From Pecten maximus (lineage: Eukaryota), in NCBI RefSeq assembly GCF_902652985.1, contig NC_047018.1, positions 36,580,001 to 36,644,000 on the forward strand: a stretch of 64,000 bases of DNA. The letters are read 5' to 3'. Positions 23,670 to 37,111 of the stretch are shown one piece after another. The notes below the pieces were generated by a model. That model did no database searches. It saw only the letters and a list, made by a program, of their open reading frames with translations, and was not told the origin of the DNA. Positions within the stretch are counted from its first letter, which is position 1, and every line of letters starts with the position of its first letter. Position numbers and translations under genes: made by a program.

Positions 23670-24369
23670 GCAAAAAAAGAGTTCTTATATCTGGAAACCG
23701 GTTGGTTACCCCTTTCGAAGAGAAGAGATGCTCGGAAACTTTCCTTATTCTATTCTATAGTAAATAATCTGGCACCTACTTTTCTTATCGACCTACTACC
23801 AATGTATATTGGCAACATAGCTCCTTATAATTTACGAAATGCAGATTTATTTAGGGAACAACACTTTCGTCTACAACTATCAAATAACTCCTTCTTTCCT
23901 TCTACTTCAAAACTTTGGAATGATTTACATAACACTATCAGAAACTCGCCTACCTTAAGTTCCTTCAAATCTAATCTAAAAAAATCTATGACAGTAAACA
24001 ATATATATGACAAGCATTTTATCAGTTATGGTCCTCGAAAACTAAATATTCTACACAACAGAATAAGAAATCGAGCAAGTGCACTAAGCTATGATCTTTT
24101 TAGAGCCAATCTCGTTGATTCACCTGCTTGTCAATGTGGACATCCCTGTGAAGATTCCTATCATTTTTTCTTTAACTGTCCCCTGTATAACAACTTAAGA
24201 GGAACTCTTATTGCTGATTTCACCTGGTACGGTCCTGTTAATGTAAATATACTTTGCAATGGTGACACGAATATCTCCTCAACTGACAATATAAAAATCG
24301 CCAAAGTTGTGCAAAACTTCTTGAGTAGGTCGGGAAGATTCGACTAATCATCACTTCCTACCCTACCCC

Positions 24370-24402
<33 letters not shown>

Positions 24403-24870
24403 TTCTTTTCATACTATTTTCCTATAATAAAAAAACTTAATCCAAAATGCTCCATTTATCCATATAATATATAAATGTTTTTTCTTCTTATCGATTAAGT
24501 ATATTTGAATTCATTCCAAACATTTATATGTCGTGATCTTTCCCGATGCAGTCATTTAANNNNNNNNNNNNNNNNNNNNNNNNNNNNNNNNNNNNNNNNN
24601 NNNNNNNNNNNNNNNNNNNNNNNNNNNNNNNNNNNNNNNNNNNNNNNNNNNNNNNNNNNNNNNNNNNNNNNNNNNNNNNNNNNNNNNNNNNNNNNNNNNN
24701 NTTATCGAATTTCGGAATATTTGTATATGCCATCATGTGACTATGTTATTGTTTATTATTTTGTTATTATTATGGGAGAAGTCGTTTATAAGTTGGAAAA
24801 ACTTGCTGACTAATCCCTTTGTCATTATTATATGTCAATAAAATATGTTTAAACTAAATATGTTTAAACT
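23670..24870 (+). mobile_element. 5'-truncated CR1-group LINE with 12-bp TSD
   Basis: ORF2 C-terminus (LYLETGWLPLSKRR...SFFPSTSKLWNDL...CQCGHPCEDSYHFFFNCP, stop at 24347). 3' UTR has poly-C, AATAAA and an (AAATATGTTTAAACT)2 tail. AAATGTAAGAGT is duplicated at 23658-23669 and 24871-24882. Confidence 0.9.
24560..24701. other. Assembly gap
   Basis: Run of N. Confidence 0.99.
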
Positions 24871-25329
24871 AAATGTAAGAGTAACCTTCCATGTCTGTTA
24901 TCTACACGGATTTGACACATAATTTACCAGGGTGGAGGGGTTGTTGTTTCAAGCCAACAAACAATCATCTGAATCTAATTCATAATTTTTTTTCTATTCA
25001 AACGATGAAGTTTAATGATAATCGTCGGACTTTGTTCTGACATGAACGTGAGGAAATGCAGATCGTGATACTAACATACGTACAGCTATGAAACTCCTGA
25101 TACAAGATACAATATAATGTTAACTATACACTGAAATGTAATCAATTCGGATGTCAAAACAATCGTATAGCTATTACTCCGTGAACAAATAAATAAAAAG
25201 GATCTGTCATAAATATTGTAACTAATACACACCTAACCATAATGTACACAGATACGTTTAAGATATGCATAAAATTGCATAATGTTCTCAGTAATGATAA
25301 TTCATAAAACCGAGACAATGTAACAAGGG

Positions 25330-26405
25330 AGATAATTCATTTAATGAAAAATGACAAATTTCTTACATCATACTTAAAGCTGCTTTGATTGGACATTTAA
25401 CAATATAATAAATCTCAAATCATTAAACATCATAATTTTTTTGAAAAGTAGAGGTTCCAGAATAATAGATTATGAATTGACTTGTGATGCTTTTTTTAGT
25501 CAAGAACGATACCGATAATTACACACTAATTACTCTAGTAAGTTATTTAGTGGAACAAATCACATGAATTCTCAATGAGCGTCTAATGCAATTCGATAGT
25601 GACTATTCTAAATTAAGTAACGCTCAGTATGGTTTCAAGAAGGATTTACCAACTATTGACGCCATCTTTGTATTACAAACATTAATAAATGAAAATCTGA
25701 AAAATAGAAAAAGACTATATTGCTGTTTTATTGATTACAAAAAAACAGCTTTTTTTATTGATACCTTGTGGTACAAACTTATTAAAGAAAGTGCAGGAGA
25801 AAAGATGTTGAATATCATCCGGGCTCTGTACAGCATCATAGGATTTCTTTTAATGTCAAAATGGATAATTCCGAGGGGACTTATGTCTCCTCTATTGTTT
25901 TCTATGTACGTTAATGACTGCGAAATTAATGTTTTAACAGAAGGGTGTCCTTCTATTGAGTTACAAAACTTCAATCTATTTTTAATTATGTATGCAGACG
26001 ACATGGATGTTATTGGTCGAAATTCTAGAGGGATTAAACAAATGTCTGATACTTTATCAATTTATGCAAAGAAATGGAATCCTACTGTTAAGACTTCTAG
26101 AACTAAGGTAATGGGTTTTCGAAACAGTGGTCAATTCAGAAAGGAAGATGAGTGGTTTTATAATTGGTGTGGTTTAGATATTGTAGATAAATTTAATAAC
26201 TTAGGTAAATTGATGAATTTTAATGGTAAATAAAAAACAAATTGCCGAACAGGAAAAAAAGCATTGTTTTCAATATCAAGAGTATATAAGAAATATATTT
26301 GAAAGTAGATACATACGTCGGTAATATTTTAATCATAGAGCGGGAAGTTTGGGGGATTTCATAAAGCTCCATATATTGAGAAAATTCCGTTATCTTTTCG
26401 TAAAA
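25330..26405 (+). pseudogene. Decayed non-LTR retrotransposon reverse transcriptase
   Basis: ORF 25586..26233 has AQYGFKK..TIDAIFVL, RLYCCFIDYKK, MSPLLFSMYVND, MYADD, KTSRTKVM. Stops and frameshifts on both flanks. Confidence 0.88.
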
Positions 26406-26413
26406 GATCATTA

Positions 26414-26519
26414 AGGATTGAATCTTGATTTGGTCGATTTCAAAGCAGTTCATTAAATTTGTCTCAAGAGCAACTCAATTCATGACCCCATGAAATCGAC
26501 CAAATCAAGATTCAATCCT
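26414..26519. mobile_element. 106-bp MITE with perfect 29-bp TIRs, flanked by TA
   Basis: TA|AGGATTGAATCTTGATTTGGTCGATTTCA...TGAAATCGACCAAATCAAGATTCAATCCT|TA. Confidence 0.8.
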
Positions 26520-28929
26520 TATATTTCAATTGTTTTTTTTTTTAATAAAAAGGTCGGTCTAGATATTAATGTCTCGAAGCTTGTGTAAGTCCAAATGCGG
26601 AAAAGCCCGAGGAGTTCCGGATTGTGCATGTCTAGTCGGTCGAGTAAAATAGTCCGCAATATTAGGATTAAAAGCAGCATTATTTTGTCAAAATAGAAGT
26701 ATTTAGCGTATCTGGTCTTTCTTAAAATACAAGAATACATTATAAATTTGATAATTCTAATAATTATTCCATGTTTATAACAACAATGTAGAAAAAGTGA
26801 AATCGTTCCGCGGAAGGATTTTAACCATATATTCATACGCATCGATCAGTGTTAATCTGGTCAAATTCATGAGCAAATGAAACAGATTAAGTTTGGTAGT
26901 TTCATTGAGTCCAACTTCAGTAGAAATTGAAATATTAGGGGTTAAGAAAACTACTGAAAATTATGTATACTGATAAATTTGTTTTTTCCTCAATAATACT
27001 GAAAATGGAAAATTATAACTTTTGCAGTATATTTTTTTCCTTGAACTCTGAATTCAAAGGTTTCTTTCCTAGTTCTTTTGATTATTTTTCTTCAAAATTC
27101 CCTTGCTATGATCTCCTTTAAAAACTCCACTGATAGTGATGGCTTATACAAGGAAGCTTGTAATGTGTTTGGAATATAGGTGTCTCCAGTCTGACTGCTT
27201 TCCACATTCTTGTCCATCTTTTATTTTCCACATCGATTGACGAAGAGTAAGGAATGCCAACTTTTATGAAGTTGACGACTATATTTAGTCGTAAAGTAAC
27301 ATTGGTTCATTACAATATATGTGTTCAAAAGCAATTAAAATAAAACATAACCGAAGGAAATATATCACCAGGTACTAACTTATGAAACGTAATAACTACT
27401 TTAGAGTTACAATCACTGGCCAGCAGGGGCTTGGGGTTTAATCCTCAAAAGTTTTAAAGCTTTTTGCTGGAGAGAACCAAACATTTCTGTGGGATATTTT
27501 AAACATTTGCATCTTCTATTCACATATTCCCCATATTGTTTTTATCTGCATCATTCTTTTTAATCACAAAATGTAAATAAAAAAAACAAAAAAAACAACT
27601 TAATCGTGAGTTCACTATTAGTTTGTCCAGAGGTCTGACCTCGCAAACTGTCAACAATGTATTCCTACGCGCCAGACTGAAGTTTATCAAATTGTACAAA
27701 TATAGAGATTAATAGTGATCCCTGCCATACTTGTAGTGTATAAGAATGGTACCTGATGCCCACACTGCACGATTCGTAAGAGGATTTCGGATCATACATG
27801 GTTCTTTCCTTTCTAAACGAAGTATTCTTCCTTTATTTCTCCCCTGAAACTGTCACGCACTTAGCATACAGTATACAGTATACAGTGTATGTATTGTGGG
27901 AAATTTACACCAAATACATGTTTAACCGAAGTTTAACAGAGAATGTGCCGCGGGGAACAAAAGCTTTCCATGTTTTCTCCTTCAGATGTTGGTATATTAT
28001 GGTAGGTAGGTCGGTCAGTTTTCTGGCCATCTTTGGCCTGGCTTTTTGGGGTTTTTTTTGTATTTTTTTGTATATTTTTTTTCCAAATGTCTCATTTCTG
28101 GCTTCCCGTCTACATACAAAAAATCAGCTTTTTTTCGAGACGTTGTTGTGAAGAGAAAAAAGCCTTTAATGTGGCCGTGTTAAATATTGTTATGTTTAAG
28201 TACCCAAGGTGGACCCTGGCCATTATATCAAGGACATGTCGAAAATCAGTAAAACCTGATATATGTCGACTGTTTGGCGGTGTTTCCTATACTTCGGCAT
28301 ACTAAATATGAATTAATATGACCTTGTCTTTAACCTAATTTTTCTCCTTTTCTCGCTATGTCGTCAGACGTCTCATAAATATACAATATACAGACAGTAT
28401 TTGTCTACGTGATAACGGCGTGTATGATTCCATACTAACTGGATTAATGATCCTTCGCCGCCAAATGTCCGACACAATTTTCTTTTCGAAGCACGTCGTT
28501 ATCGAAAAGACTATATATCTACATACACTTAGTGGTTCATAACGTCAGCTAGAATACCGCCTATCTTCTCCTGCTTTACTCGATTAGGTCGTCTATACGA
28601 CAATCACTAACTCAGTATATACATTATGAATGGACATATCAAGCCAAATGAGGTTTGGAATATTGTACACGTTTGGTAATTAAACCACAGAATTTTTCGT
28701 CATAGGTTTGAATATAAAGTCTAGTAATCTGATTCTCAATGATCTAGCATCTCGTTACGATCTGAGAGTATATAACTACTGCTGTTCGTCACCTAGAATT
28801 AATTCATTGTTTACATCCCAGTAGTATTTCTAACGTCTCAATCGCCTAAACTGAGACCCTTCTCCTCTCCCCGGTATACTTTCTTTGCTCGTACATGTAA
28901 GTATAGTACATGTAGCTGATTAATATAGA

Positions 28930-29500
28930 AAGAACTGATATTGCTGTTTTCTGAAACGGGAGCAGAGTTAAAGAAAATTAATTATGGACATTTAATGGAG
29001 AAAACATTTCAGTAGTTGATTAGTTTTGTTATCTATGGACTCCCTTTCGATCCAACAACAAACTTAGGTCTATAATTAAACATGTAGCTGATCAAGGACG
29101 TAAAGCCCTTTTTGCTTTCGCTCTAAATGAAATGTTATGAGTTTAAATATCAAAACTATGTTGCATTTTTTGATACATATATCGGAAGTATTCTATTTTA
29201 TGCCTGTGAAATATGGAGATTGCGGTAGAAAAATGTCATCTGGAATTTTGCAAAAAAATAGCTTGGTGTAAAGAAATCTACTTGTAACGCTATGGTATAC
29301 AATGACATTGGTCGCCAACCTCTAGCAAATACACAATTGTTTAGAATGCTACAATATTGGTTTAAATTATTAAAATCTGATAATTGTATCTTAATGGAGT
29401 GATAAAATTTTCTTTTTTTGGGAAACAGAGAAAGAACACCAAACAGTTGGCTGTTTATATTGTTTGAGCTGGGATTTGGACATCTAAATTAAGTCTTAAT
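28930..29500 (+). pseudogene. Decayed non-LTR ORF2 fragment, same family as 15130-16050
   Basis: IKHVADQGRKALFA, FDTYIGSILFYACEIW, LGVKKSTCNAMVYNDIGRQPL, YWFKLLKSDNCIL. Confidence 0.82.
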
Positions 29501-30840
29501 ATGAATAGCTTAGCCACAGAATCCTGAAGATATAGAAATATTAAAAGGGGTTACAGGCAATTTCTGTTTGTCTGTCAATGTTTTTTTTTCAAATATTAGA
29601 AAGAAATATATAAGAAATATTTTTAACATAGGCCGTCAGTTTTTAATGTTATCGAAAAGTTTATTTCAGATGCTTACAAACTTGGAACTGTTCAACTACA
29701 AAATCAACCACAATTGTTGGTCCAGATGTAGTTCTTTGCATCGCTCACTGTCTGATAGTCATCTGTTTGTCCGTCCGTCCGTCCGTCCAGTGCGACAGCT
29801 ATACTCACACGGGTCCTTACATTTATGTATTATTACTTTAACTACACGTGTATATTATTACTCTACCTATATGCGTATATTTTTGTGACATGGGATGCTG
29901 AAGTTACAGCAATAAACAGTTCTATATTGAGTAAAATGTCTGTGAATTAATCTCAGCAATATAGTGCAGTTAACAATATGTATTGTAAAAAAAACTTATA
30001 TCATAGTATATGTATTGTGTCGCTCTGTAACAAGATTATATATCTGTACTGACGAGCCGTAAGGTTAAAGTTAAATAAAAAAAAAACAGGAATGATTACA
30101 GCCATCTCGTGTTGACGTGTTGGCGTGTTGTCGCTTTGTTGCTTCTCAACTTTCTCAAACCGCGCCAAAGCGAGATTTAAGAGATGAATGTCGTCTTGTC
30201 GCGTTTTCAAACCTCCACAAGGTGTCAAAACGACAAAGCGCCAGCAAGCCAACACTAGAAGGTCGTAATCAGCCATCATAGTTAGGTTTGATATTTACTT
30301 TCGCAGCTTTGCTGAAATTAATGAAAGGAATTCTTAACACTGTAACAGGTATCCTTTGCTCAAGAAATGTATCGTTTGATTATAAATAAGGGTCGTTTGA
30401 TTATTAGTAAGGGTCATTTGATTATCAATAAGGGTCACGTGACACCTACAATATGCAATGATTCCTGGGTGCGGTTCATGTTTGATTCTATAGATCGACG
30501 AAGTACGTGTCTTCCCTTTTTCGTGTTATAAAGGCGTTAATTTGTTTTTCTTAGATATATTGTTTGTGTTTCATTTGTTTGTTTCAGCCACGAACTGTCC
30601 ACTACATTGTCGACATGTACGTCGGATCAGTTTCGCAAATGTCATTCCTTCACTTCAGTTTGTCAATCAGAGATTGTTGTCGGAGTAAATGGGCGTCTTA
30701 GTTAAGGAAACTCTTCAAAATCTCAATTGCTTTCCTATGAAACGTATCAAGTTAAGATAAATTTCCATCAATCACAGAACGTTCGTGCAAGGTAAAGTAT
30801 GCCATGTACATACATCAACGTAATAAAAACTGACAAAAGT

Positions 30841-31140
30841 GTTAATTGGTTCGAGCCTTTTTGAACTACAGCAAACTTATATTGGTTCGTGTTAATTGGT
30901 TCGAACCTCTTTGAACTAAAGTAAACTTATATTGGTTCGTGTTTATTGGTTCGAACCTCTTTGAACTACAATAAACTTACATTGGTTCGTGTTAATTGGT
31001 TCGAGCTTCTTTGAACTACAGCAAACTTATATTGGTTCGTGTTAATTGGTTGTAGGCCTCTTTGAACTACAGCAAACTAACATTGGTTCATGTTAATTGG
31101 TTCGGACCTCTTTGAACTACAGCAAACTTACATTAGTTCA
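30841..31140 (+). repeat. 50-bp minisatellite, 6 copies
   Basis: GTTAATTGGTTCGAACCTCTTTGAACTACAGCAAACTTATATTGGTTCGT. Confidence 0.95.
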
Positions 31141-31164
31141 TTGTATACAATCTTGCTACATGTA

Positions 31165-31658
31165 TTTTTAGCTCGCTATTTTGATTTTGCCCTTTTGTAT
31201 TCTTAGTTTTAGCCATATACCGTTGCGGTACAATTCATTATAACCTATGATAGGCTATTCAAATCGATCTTCGTCCGTCTGTCCGTAAACGATACCGTCT
31301 GACTGGGAAAATAAAATGGCAAACAGGCGACCATCTTTGATTTTGACGGTTGAAACTTGTTATCGCTATTTCTTGAGAAATACTGGAAAGATATTTCTCA
31401 AACTTCATGTGTATGTTTCTCTTGGTCCCTAGTTAAACACATTCAATATTGAGTCTGATCGGGAAAACGAAATGGCTAGCAAACGTCCAGCTTCGATTTG
31501 GACAAAAACATATTATCGTGATTTTTACTTGAAATTCCTCCTTAGATCGATCTTAGATCAAATGTTTAAGAAGAAATAGGGAAAGGAGGAAAAAGTGAAC
31601 CGGTCTTCCATAAATCAAATATAAAGATCAGCCAATGGTGGGCGTCAAGATCCATGTG
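31165..31658 (+). mobile_element. Helentron/HINE-like non-autonomous element (decayed)
   Basis: TTTTTAGCTCG start, GTCC/GTCT microsatellite at 31273, two related ~150-bp units (AAAATGGC..CATCTT.GATTTTGAC..TTATCG..ATTT), GC-rich end motif. This layout is typical of bivalve HINE-type repeats. Confidence 0.6.
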
Positions 31659-31889
31659 CAAGCTTTACATATGGCGCATCAACTATGAAAGCGGTCCAGA
31701 TCCGCGCCAGTCCCAGTCATCCTGGCCCTTATGAAAGCTCCGGCATCTCTTTTTACTGCTGGAATACATGATTAAATCCTTCTGGAAACAATAATTTCTG
31801 TCGGCAGAGGAAAGTTTCCACTTATTTAGGAAATTCAAAAAAATATCAAGGCACAATAGAGATCAGATTATCAGCAAGCAACATCTAGT

Positions 31890-33374
31890 CACTGTCGTGT
31901 ACCCATTAGAAAATGGTCTTTCCAAGATGGCGGACCAAGATTGTTACAGAAGGTATATGTGCACTCCAAGCTACTAAATCACATTTTTATAAGTACACTC
32001 TGGCCGAGAAAAAATGTACGAATTCTAACTCAGAAATCGTTCAATTTCATATTACAACATGTATCGGCTGCTATTTAGTTAATAAACAACACAATCTTTG
32101 CATTTTGGTTACATATTAATCCCAAATAATGACTTCTCCGTTCATAATTGAGTGAAAATATTGTGGTATCGTCAGTTAACTTGTGTGACAGCATAATGTT
32201 ACACGATATGCTCATGAAGCCTGCACAATGTATGCACGACGATAGATATGCGCACGATGAGCGATCGAGACAAAGTCTGTGCGATATAGTTATCGTGATT
32301 GATGTAACGGCACAATTTGTGCGGACGATGTGTACAAGATGTGCTTAATGATGCATGTTTAGCGATCCACAACTGAACACCAATTTATAATTTTGGTTTC
32401 ATTTTTGTTTTTGTTTTATGGTGTAACTATAATATAAAAGAATTGCTTGTATGTCTTATTAAACAGCTGAATGCGTGATGTGTCCGTTGTATTCCCGATT
32501 GGGAATCCCTTCCGGTTCTATTTTTAGACGTTTCATGATTGGCTAATAGTATTATCATCTTACCTGAAACACCACTCTACGCTCAGGTTTTGGTATTTGG
32601 AACCAATCCATAACATGTTCTGCTGAACTTGTAACAAACGACCAATCCGTAACGTAAACAAACACAGTTTCACTTTGTTTTTCGTCATAGCCGTGTAATT
32701 TTCTTTTGGTCCCGGATATGACGCGACAGGTGGCGTTACAGGTCAAGATGAAGTATGTGATTGGTCAATGTAGCGGTAAATGCAAAATGTAGATATGCAA
32801 TTAAAAACGAAACAAAGTTAAGATTGAATGCAAGCTGAATACGTGGATGCATATTTTCAAATGACACTGTGACATTAATAGAATTATATTCTTGATTCAA
32901 TTGCAGTTTATTATCATCAAATATGATTCAAACTGATATAATTTTGTTATCCGCGCTGAAATGCATTAGTTAGTTAATCTATTTCACCAGCAGATTTATA
33001 TTATTACCACCAGCATTAAAACTATGCAGTTTATCTTTGTCAAAGATATTTCTTGTTGTACCTAGTACAGGGCTGTAAGCATGAACATCATATTGCTTAC
33101 AAGCGAACGTCTTTAGGGAGTCTTTATGTCTGTAAAGTTAAACATTAGGCTGTTTTAATATTTATTATGAGCGAATGATTCCGTTATCTTAGAACTAAAC
33201 AGCAGTATATAAATGTTGTAAAATAAAGTTTACTATTTTTGAGTTAGACTTTGTATTTTTCTCGGTCAGAGTGTACTTTAAGTGATTTTGTTGCTTTAAG
33301 TGCATACCATTCTTCTGTAAACATCTTGGTACGCCATCTTTAAAAGACCATTCCCTAACGGATACATGACAGTG
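31890..33374. mobile_element. Non-autonomous DNA transposon with ~240-bp diverged TIRs (CACTG...CAGTG)
   Basis: 31890-32130 is the reverse complement of 33140-33374 (AATGGTCTTT..AAGATGGCG.ACCAAGAT / ATCTTGGT.CGCCATCTT..AAAGACCATT; AAGTACACTCTG.CCGAGAAAAA / TTTTTCTCGG.CAGAGTGTACTT). No clear TSD. Confidence 0.72.
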
Positions 33375-35413
33375 TTAATTGCCCCTTCGACATGACCGTT
33401 CCTTGTTTTAAGCTGCTTTTTTTTTTGCTCCTCAAATACAGTTTGCTGTCTAGCGTTTCAGCATTTTATTTCCGCGGGACGGGGTCCTCTCTCAAATTAC
33501 ATTAAGAAATTGTTGAATGGACGTTTGTAAGAGTTATCTTTCCTTCATCACTTGGAAAAGGCTACGTATATTATTTTATTTTACTTTTATTTTATTTTTT
33601 TAATTTGTGTAATTATAACTTACTCTCGGAAATGTGTTTATACCTTTGAACACCCGCTGTGTTAGCGGTACACTTTGTATATATATATTGTACGTTGTAT
33701 ACCTTAGTCACGGCGGTGATTACGATCACGTCACGTTTACTTAGAAACCGAGATGATATAATCGTAACCCTTAAATTAGCGGTATTGTGCCATTAATTTG
33801 ATAATTTAATGTAAATTATTACGAAAAAATGTATATTTGAAGAAAAGAAGTGCTTTCTAACCTTATATATAACACGGTGTACTCGATGTACTGATATTTA
33901 CATGGTTGTGTCTATCATACCAGTCTCGCGATGTGCACGTGTAAAGTCGAGTTTATGCACGTGTAGTTCCATACCCACGCCACCTCGGGTGTCGTATGCA
34001 TACGCACCCGAAGCTTTCAATCTCACTCAGCAACCTTCCCAGGCCTCTGGTAAGTCTTTATCATTCTAACTTTATCTTATACTTGGAAATATGTAATTTT
34101 CATAGCGGAATATAATACTGTTTATCAATCGCCTGACCTGTTCTATCATTCAATAAACCTATGTCAAAATACCGTAAGACGCACGTGTAAAACACTATTG
34201 TGATTTCACAAATGATACATGACGTCACAATTAATATACGACGTTGCACGATTGTCTATGTAGGTAAACGCGTACCGACCGAGTCTGTCTATATATAAAT
34301 ACATTCATATAAGATCTCAATATTTATAATATCGGATCTTGCCTAATGTGAAAATAACTGAATACAATAAAGTAGGTAGCCACAGTTTCGAATATATCAT
34401 ATAACATGTTAGTTTCGTACTTAGTATCATATTGCATGTTGTATCTTAAATCTTGTTTTTTTGGTTTTCCCCACGGATTACCAGTAAAGAACCAATTACA
34501 ATCTCGTGTTAGGTACGTATAGGGCTACGTCTTTCTTATGTATTAAACTATTTATTGCGACAAATTTATTGAATAAGTTGGAGTGGGGCTACAATGTTAT
34601 TGTTCTGTTTATTTTTATGATCCCTTCCACATAGGATATTCTCATAACTGATTATTTTCCGGATTTTTTTTCGCCACCCCTTGCCAGATTAGTTCGTAAC
34701 TTGGATTGTGGCTTTATCATAATGGGTTACAGTTCGAGCTGCTACTTAGCTAGACCAGGCAATGGTTTTATAAACCTAATCACGTAATAGTGATTGTTCG
34801 GCTACATCCTACTAAAACAACAACAATGGACGACAAATACAACATCGAATTTTGGTCGGTGAATATTTGAAGCTTACAATCTTCATCATTTTTTACTTGA
34901 AGTGGTATAATTTAATTAGTTTAAACAGTATAATTTCAAGTATGCCTATGGTTGCCTGAACGCACCTGGCCAGGAAAAAACGAACAAAAATTAATCGTTG
35001 AGTCCATTAAACTATGACAAACTCAAGAAAAACAAAAACAAACAAGAAATATCTTTTAAAAAAAGATAAACGGCATAGTTTTAATGCTGGTGGTTATAAT
35101 GTAAACATTCTGGTGAAATAAATTAACGAACTATGCGTTTCAGCACGGACAACAAAATTATATCAGTTTGAATCATTTTTGGTGATAATAAGACTGCATT
35201 TGAATCGGGAATATAATTTTATGAATGTGTCATTTGAAAAGATACATCCACTTATTCAGCTTGCATTCAATCGTAACTTTGCTTCGTCTTTAACTGCATA
35301 TCTGCATTTTGCATTTACCGCTACATTGACCGACCACATACTTCATCTTGACCAGTAACGCCACCTTTCGCGTCATTTCCGGAACCAAAAGAATATTATA
35401 CGGCTATGCCGAA
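32682..35413. repeat. Two inverted copies of a ~375-bp interspersed repeat (32682-33058 and 35041-35413)
   Basis: GGTCAATGTAGCGGTAAATGCAAAATG and ACCACCAGCATTAAAACTATGC are mirrored in the second copy. Confidence 0.85.
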
Positions 35414-37111
35414 TAAATCATTCGTTCATATAATCTGTGGCGAACCATCTAAATCGTTTTGGAGCAGGTTAAAATTCACAGTCGTACCATTTTGTTATTG
35501 TCACTCTAGAGCCGCTTTTCGTCGCATCGCACCACCATCAGAGTTCCGGAAATGGAAGACCTCTTCGGACCAGTGACCTTGCACGCCAAATACCTAAAGA
35601 GAGTCATCAACCGAAAGAAAACTTCACGACTTGACTCTGGACACCCGTTTACCCACCATCCGTCTTCGTCAACAACGACGAGGAAATGTTGATGACGATA
35701 GAGGCAAGGGCCGGACGAAGACATCCCCAACCGCGCGAACAACGAAGACAGTCAACATCGAAGACTAGAAGAACTCGGTATGTATCATCGTGTGTAGATC
35801 TGCCCACATGCCAATGGGTTACAATGTGTGTTCACTTTTTGCACTCTTTAGAATATTTCGAGGGACGGGTTTCAAAATAATGAAGTCAAGTTGGGTTATT
35901 ATCAGGCCAGGTATGTTTCATATCGTTTCGAAAAGCATATTTCTGTATCATAGCTTTTGTCTTCATCAACAAAGGCGGACACGAAGACTAGAAAGATCTT
36001 TTTACACCAAACAGGGCCAGGGCGTCATGATTTTCCTATTTGTAATATGTTAAAATTATAATTAATTTAATAAAACATATAAAGTATAATAAGAAGCATC
36101 ACAGTGAAAACACGCTATTAAAACTGCCAAGTAAGAGTAAACACATTTGAAGAAAGTTCTTCGCCACATGAGAAACTTGACAGAAAAGTCAATCATGATA
36201 AAAAAATGTCCAGACAGTACTTCGTGAGCCAAAATAACTCATAAGTGTCGATACAATCATTAAAGGTAAGGTATAAAAAAACAATACCCGAGTTTGAGTA
36301 GCTTTTTCTGTGGACCCTCATCACCGTCGACACCGTCTTCTCACAAAACTATACATGTAACTTACAACGACTTACCTGTATGCTAGGGAATTGCTCCCGG
36401 GAAGGGGAAAAAATCGCCTCTGATGACGAAATATCCTATAAGTATAATATCTATGCATAAAGGTGACACGATATAAATACTAATTGTAACATCTATGTGC
36501 GAAAGCTTTTTTTGCGAAATGACTCTTGAATTATCAAATTAGAAATTAATATTGTCACAAATAAATTTAGATTGAAAGTCAGTTTTAGCACTATACATTT
36601 TTATCACAAAATTTCTTACAGAATGTCTTTGTGATACATGTACAAATGAAAATCACGCTTTGTTTGCTTCGTAAAAAACAAACAAACAAACAAATCATAA
36701 TCTTACAAATAATGATAAAGGTATGTAATTTTTAAATAATCGGTGTTTAAAAGTTGGATTAAATATCATTTCGTATATATCTAATACAACAGGAGATTTA
36801 AAAACAAAAACAAAAAAACAATGATATTATATATATATATTTGGTTTTTTTTTGGTAATCTACAATAGATAAGATATGAAATGCATCGTGTCACAACTAA
36901 CCGTGGTTTTGTTAACATGTGAAATGGTACCAATTATTATGGTTCCCGGCGTACTGGCATTAAATGTACAATGTTTATCAATTTTAAGTCCTAAACCAAA
37001 ATTAAAATAAGGAAATGGTCATGATTTTTTTTCAAGCGACTATGCCTGTTAAAATCAATATTGAAAATATTAACATGCATAAACTCTGTTTTTTAGATAA
37101 CCAATCAGTGC

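Noticed and set aside
24505-24813. ORFs spanning N runs (also 52220-52622)
   Set aside because: Open only because of the assembly gaps.
30585-30792. Possible exon with an LDLa-like TCTSDQFRKC
   Set aside because: Good acceptor, but all frames stop before the donor and the cysteine spacing is incomplete.
30841-31140. tRNA genes suggested by GGTTCGAACC
   Set aside because: No cloverleaf or A-box; the motif is part of a 50-bp tandem unit.
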